DNA of 58,948 nucleotides, counting the filler, from Sluysia triapertura (Eukaryota), in NCBI GenBank assembly GCA_046118255.1. It is 4 parts of 4 records of this genome, joined end to end, with 100 filler letters (N's around TTAATTAATTAA, not from the genome) between each part and the next. Parts side by side here need not be neighbours in the genome. Positions count along the whole stretch, not along the records: positions 39,496 to 58,948 come from JBJNIA010066512.1; 3 more parts are not named here. One strand, 5' to 3'. The position numbers were made by a program, and so were the translations under genes. Below are positions 54,276 through 58,948 of this stretch, piece by piece (position 1 is the stretch's first letter; the number at the start of each line of letters is the position of its first letter). The notes beneath the pieces are model-generated. The model worked only from the letters and a program-made list of their open reading frames with translations, was not told the DNA's origin and did no database searches.

Positions 54276-55157
54276 ATGTCAGAATTTCAGATCAAGTATT
54301 TAAAATGCCAGATACATACATTAGAAAAGCAAATTTTTTTAATTCGATTCAGTTTAACGCAACAAGTAGATAATATGCAAAACATATTAAATTACCTTAA
54401 TGAATTTTATAATTCCTTTCAAAGTTTGTTTATTTACGACTTGTTTGGCAAACAGAAACCTATTGAGAAATCAAAAGTTATTGTTGTTTTTAACAAAGCA
54501 ATTCAAATAGAAGGTATGCTGAAAGAAAATACTTTTAATTCCGCTGATATTAATAACATTTTCCCAAATTCTTTGTATTCGTCAAAAGATCAAGTGAAAT
54601 TGAAAACTTGCCATTCCTGTCCGAAAATAAAAGATTTTATTAATTTGGATACAGTAAAAACATTGGAAGAAACTTTATTAGATATATACGAAAAAATTAA
54701 TAGTATACATGTTATTGTCAAATTGAATTATGAGCTGAAAAAGAATCAGTTGTATGATAAATATTTGCAAAAATCGATTGAAAGTTTTGAAACATCAAAC
54801 AGTATTATATTAGAAGCTCTTTCAAATTATTCTAGTCTAAGAAAAATGCCAGATTCAGAGCATAAATTATGCTTACTTAATATTCAGAAAAAGGTTTTTG
54901 AAAACCATTTAAATAAAACATCAAAAATATCGCCTAAAAATAAAATAAAATTAAATCAATATCGAAATGTTCAAGATTGTATTTCGAAAATATCTGAACC
55001 TATTTTAATGTTTATTAAATTATTTAATGACATAAAGGAAAATCCAAATGATAGTTACAAATTGGAAGCCTTTTTGAATCATTGTGAATTCTCTGATGTT
55101 TTTAATGATACTTTTTACAGTAATTGTATAAATAAACTTAAAGATATTAAATTGTGA
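54276..55157 (+). CDS. Hypothetical protein, 293 aa, intronless, no recognised family
   Basis: An 882-nt ATG-to-stop ORF of non-repetitive sequence in very AT-rich DNA, where chance ORFs are far shorter. Confidence 0.6.
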   Translation: MSEFQIKYLKCQIHTLEKQIFLIRFSLTQQVDNMQNILNYLNEFYNSFQSLFIYDLFGKQKPIEKSKVIVVFNKAIQIEGMLKENTFNSADINNIFPNSLYSSKDQVKLKTCHSCPKIKDFINLDTVKTLEETLLDIYEKINSIHVIVKLNYELKKNQLYDKYLQKSIESFETSNSIILEALSNYSSLRKMPDSEHKLCLLNIQKKVFENHLNKTSKISPKNKIKLNQYRNVQDCISKISEPILMFIKLFNDIKENPNDSYKLEAFLNHCEFSDVFNDTFYSNCINKLKDIKL

Positions 55158-55337
55158 CATTAATTGTTTAGTTATTTTTTTATAATTTATATTTTTATTA
55201 AATTATGAAACTTTAAAAAAAATTATAAAAATTTACTTAAAAAATCAATTTTATATCATTATAACGTGGTAAAAATAGCAAATACTGCTTACATCCTATT
55301 TATTACCGTTGTATTTCGAAAATTGTATTGTTCAATA

Positions 55338-55853
55338 TATGGAAGTGCAGACCTTATTTGTGCTAATTTAAGATGGAATGATTTAAATCAAATCTACTAC
55401 GGCTCCCGACAGCTATTTTAGAGTTTTTATGGCAAATTATTCGTATTGGATGTATCAAATTTATTTACAAACTCTTATTTACATTCAGAAATTTTCGAAT
55501 TCGAAAAATCTGGTGAAAATACCAATGATGTTAAAGAATTAACACCAGATGACATATTAACGAGACGTGTTAATTTTCATTTAGCCAAAAGTGGTTTGAG
55601 ACACATGATAAAAAGTTTTGATGATGATTTCAAAGATTGTATTACTTATGCTCATTTGACGTGCAGAATTGTTCCTGAAGAACTAAAGAATACAATGATT
55701 AAGCCTGATTCTATAACTAAAGAAAAATTTTCTGAAAACCGACGTTCAAAATTTGTAGAAGGTATGAAACTTTTAAATGCAGATACGTTTTTAACTGAAG
55801 ACGATTTTCTTAATTGTGATTATAGTGATGTGAGCATATTTATATTGCAGTAA
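55338..55853 (+). pseudogene. Plastin/fimbrin-like actin-binding domain remnant (end of CH1 plus CH2), frameshifted
   Basis: PTAILEFLWQIIRIG (cf. plastin PHLVLGLLWQIIKIG) lies in one frame. SGENTNDVKELTPDDILTRRVNFHLAKSG...IKSFDDDFKDCITYAHLTCRIVP...ADTFLTEDDFL (cf. [51 protein letters not shown]) lies in another. There is no in-frame ATG start, and it ends at TAATAA. Confidence 0.72.
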
Positions 55854-56173
55854 TAAGATGTTAAATTTTGTTTGTTTTAAATTGTTATTTCTTAAAGGCA
55901 CTAAGCCTAGTTTGATAATTGAAAAGTTTGTTGCAATTTTAACCGTTTTAGTGTTAAATTTTAATAGTTTAGTAGTTGATAAGTTCAATCTTCTGTTAAT
56001 TGTTATAAAATTTCATTTTGCTAATAATTTTTACGTAATTAAAAAATTAAATAAAAATAATTTTAATTTATTAATTGTAAAGTTTCAAAAGCCCTAACCA
56101 TACTGATAATTAAATAGAACTACAAACTATGTTTTAAAACCAAATGCAAAGTATATGTCATGACTGAAAAATA

Positions 56174-56226
56174 GGCCTGGAATTACAATGTTGCCTAGGG
56201 CCCGCTTTAGCCTTAGTTCGCCACTG
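56174..56226. mobile_element. Single terminus of a probable hAT-type non-autonomous element
   Basis: GC-rich TTGCCTAGGGCCCG...TTAGTTCGCCACTG (reverse complement CAGTGGCGAACTAAGG) resembles CAGTGGCG.. termini. No partner end was seen. Confidence 0.35.
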
Positions 56227-57444
56227 TCCATAAACCTTTATTGAATATAATATAAGTAATAATTGTTAGACTTAATTATAATAATTTTAATATCTTAATA
56301 ATTTACGTAAATCCCCTCAAACTTTACAACCACAAAACGCGTGTAATAATTTTCAATTGTTTAATAATCTAGGTAATAATAAACCACGAAATGATATATT
56401 ACTGCCTAGTCAAAAAACTTTATACCTACACAATAACACAAAACTTCATGCATAAAAAAATAATATACATAAACTTATTTTAATTTCCGTTTATCCATCG
56501 ATTAACTTTAACCCTTCCGATTCTCATCGTTTTAGATTAATTAAAGATGAGACTTTACCTATAAACTATTGGAATTCTATCGAAATGAAACAAATGTTAG
56601 AAGTTTTGATAGAAACATACATTATTTATTTTGTCGAACGTTTTTTAAAAATAAAAATTAATTGCTTTTGGTGCATTAAAATACTAAAAATATTGCAATT
56701 AGTTTATTATTTTCACCTTACGTTAAAATTAAATATAAATCGTGTTATACGTTTAACTTATGATTACCGATACTTTAATTTGTGTAAATGTGCTTAACAT
56801 GTACTTCAAACTTGCTTAAGTGAATGAATTTCATAATCTTCAACTTATGATATAATTATTTTCATTTACGATTTTATTTCATATCTAAAATATGATTTAA
56901 GCAAAATGAAAGTTTTATAATTGAAACATCAAAATCACTAAAATTTACGTGAAACTTCATTAACTCTAGCAATTAAAGTTTGATGTATTATATAAAAAAT
57001 TAAATTAACTATAATTAACACAAAAAATAAAATATAGAAATTTACTTAATCCAACATGTACACATTACTTAGTCATCGTAGGATGTCATGCATAACTTTA
57101 AATGTTCAAATGGATAAATTATCATTTTCATATAAATATGAAATACTGGACCTAAGAATTTCAGTCACACTAAACGATATGAAGTCTAATAAAGCACATT
57201 TTTACAATAAATGACTGAAATTCTTTAATTAGGTAATATTATAAACACCACTACGAAATATATTAAAAATTTAATTACACTCAATTTATATAAATGCTAA
57301 AATCAATACAGATAAATTATTATTTATAAATTATTAAACAAAGATTACATAAAACTTTCTTTAGTAATAAGATAATGTAGATCAATACATAAAAAATTCC
57401 AACATGCTTCAACGAAACACACATTTCATTCGTAATAAATATAT

Positions 57445-57886
57445 TTACAAAGGCTTTTGTCCAGGTATTATCGGCTTCTTTCCAATCAATGATTTGTGAA
57501 TATGAGGAATAACACCACCACCTGCGATAGTTGCTTTTATCAATGTATCTAATTCTTCGTCACCTCTAATAGCCAACTGTAAATGACGTGGGCTAATTCT
57601 CTTTACCTTTAAGTCTTTACTGGCATTTCCAGCTAATTCTAATACTTCTGCTGTTAAATATTCTAAAATCGCCGCTGCGTACACAGCAGCTGTTGCACCA
57701 ACTCTTCCATGACTTGTTGTTCGGCTTTTCAAGTGCCTATGAATACGACCGACAGGAAACTGTAAACCAGCACGATGCGAACGAGAAATTGATTTAGACT
57801 TTGATTTACCCGAATCTTTACCTGCTTTACCCTTAGCCTGAAAACAAATAAATTAATATAAGAAACAAAAACAAAGCCTTTACCAT
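57445..57886 (-). CDS. H2AZ: Histone H2A.Z (H2A.V/H2A.F), 131 aa. Exons 57886-57884 (ATG) and 57837-57445
   Basis: [54 protein letters not shown]...[53 protein letters not shown] 46-nt intron follows the ATG directly, as in other H2A.Z genes. Confidence 0.97.
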
Positions 57887-58409
57887 TTTAAAATATTTAA
57901 ATACTAACTAAGTATTAAAAAAAACAATATTATGAACAAACAATACTATTGTAATCAATTATACTATTATAAAAATTATTTTAAAAACAGTTATTTTTAT
58001 CTTTCAGGTAATTTAACATTTTATATTTTTATATTAATATTTCAATCATTTATCATGTACAAAATAAATTGTACTTGGATTATAATTTGAAAAAAGGTAA
58101 AGTTATTAAAACATAATATAAATTAAATAATTTTAAAAGTATTTTTGAAAAAAATAATATGCCTAAATGTTTACAAATACATTTTGTGAAATGTTTAGTG
58201 ACCAAGTTTGTAAATTTAATGTTAAAAATTAGTGTATACTTCTAAATTATGGTGTTCGAGAGTCTCACAAACGTTGCATGCCTCTTTTATGTGCTATTAA
58301 TTCTAGAACTGTTCAACTATTATTTTAAAAGGCATTATTATTGTTGTTGTTCTCAGTTTAAATTAATAACAATAACAAAATTAAATTAGTCCGAAATCTC
58401 GATATATTT

Positions 58410-58737
58410 TCAAGAATCACGAAATTAAAACAAATTATTACAATAAGTAATTCTAAAAATTTGGAAACCAAGATGAATATTTCATTGTGACATAATAATC
58501 TATGGAGAATCCACAATGATAATAAGCTAGGTGTTAAAGTTATATGCCGTTTGTGTTTCAAAAATGTACAACCAGCTACCAGAGAATGTCAAATTACTGG
58601 AAGATTATGGAATATTTAAAGAAAGGGCAAAGTTCTTTCTGCTTCGGAATTATTATAGTGAATGATTTATTTTAAGCGCTTTGGAGCACTTACTTTGCAG
58701 TAGATATGAACGCAATATAAATCAGTATATTATTATT
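58410..58737 (+). mobile_element. 5'-truncated L2-type LINE 3' end (second copy)
   Basis: Aligns by eye with 33835-34160 (e.g. ACCAAGATGAATATTTC, CAAATTACTGGAAGATTATGGA, TTAAGCGCTTTGGA..GTAGATATGA). The left boundary is approximate. Confidence 0.85.
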
Positions 58738-58948
58738 TTTTTAACAATAACACAAAGCAATTACATAAAATATAATATTCAAATTCGTGGATGACAGCAT
58801 AAAAATGTTAGTACTTGTATTAACAATTAATATACTGTTATATGTGGTGTTATGATGTAAAGTACTTTGATACCTTGATGACTTTGACCTTTATATTATT
58901 TTATACATGAATTATATGATTTTATTGATAATTTTATCGATTGCTAAT

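Noticed and set aside
55419-55421. Programmed TAG readthrough or an alternative genetic code in the 55209-55853 frame
   Set aside because: The homologous residues lie in another frame across the stop, so frameshifts explain it better. The conserved genes translate normally with the standard code.

Overview
Eukaryotic, very AT-rich animal genomic DNA with GT-AG introns, a ciliary dynein and Vang. The composition and repeat content suggest an invertebrate, possibly a flatworm, but that is inference only. The window is not one locus. It is four contigs or scaffolds joined by artificial 100-nt spacers (N44-TTAATTAATTAA-N44) at 12254-12353, 26027-26126 and 39396-39495. Repeat families are shared between the segments, so they appear to come from one genome. 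Segment 1 holds five internal exons of a TXNDC11-like thioredoxin-domain gene (minus strand). Its introns carry a plant-type DD39D mariner remnant and its Stowaway-like derivative, two adjacent deleted Tc1/mariner elements, and tRNA-derived SINE heads. Segment 2 holds nine phase-consistent exons of an axonemal dynein heavy chain (DNAH6-like). Segment 3 holds the first coding exon of Vang/Strabismus, an L2-type LINE 3' end and microsatellites. Segment 4 holds METTL1/Trm8, a decayed hAT (Buster/Charlie-type) element, TPI, an orphan 293-aa ORF, a frameshifted plastin/fimbrin-like CH-domain remnant, H2A.Z and more L2 tails. I found no convincing new multi-gene system. The best leads are the DD39D/Stowaway-like pair in an animal, the cryptic plastin-like remnant next to the orphan ORF, and a candidate TATA-driven spliced transcript with no AUG in its first exon at about 46.1-47.0 kb.
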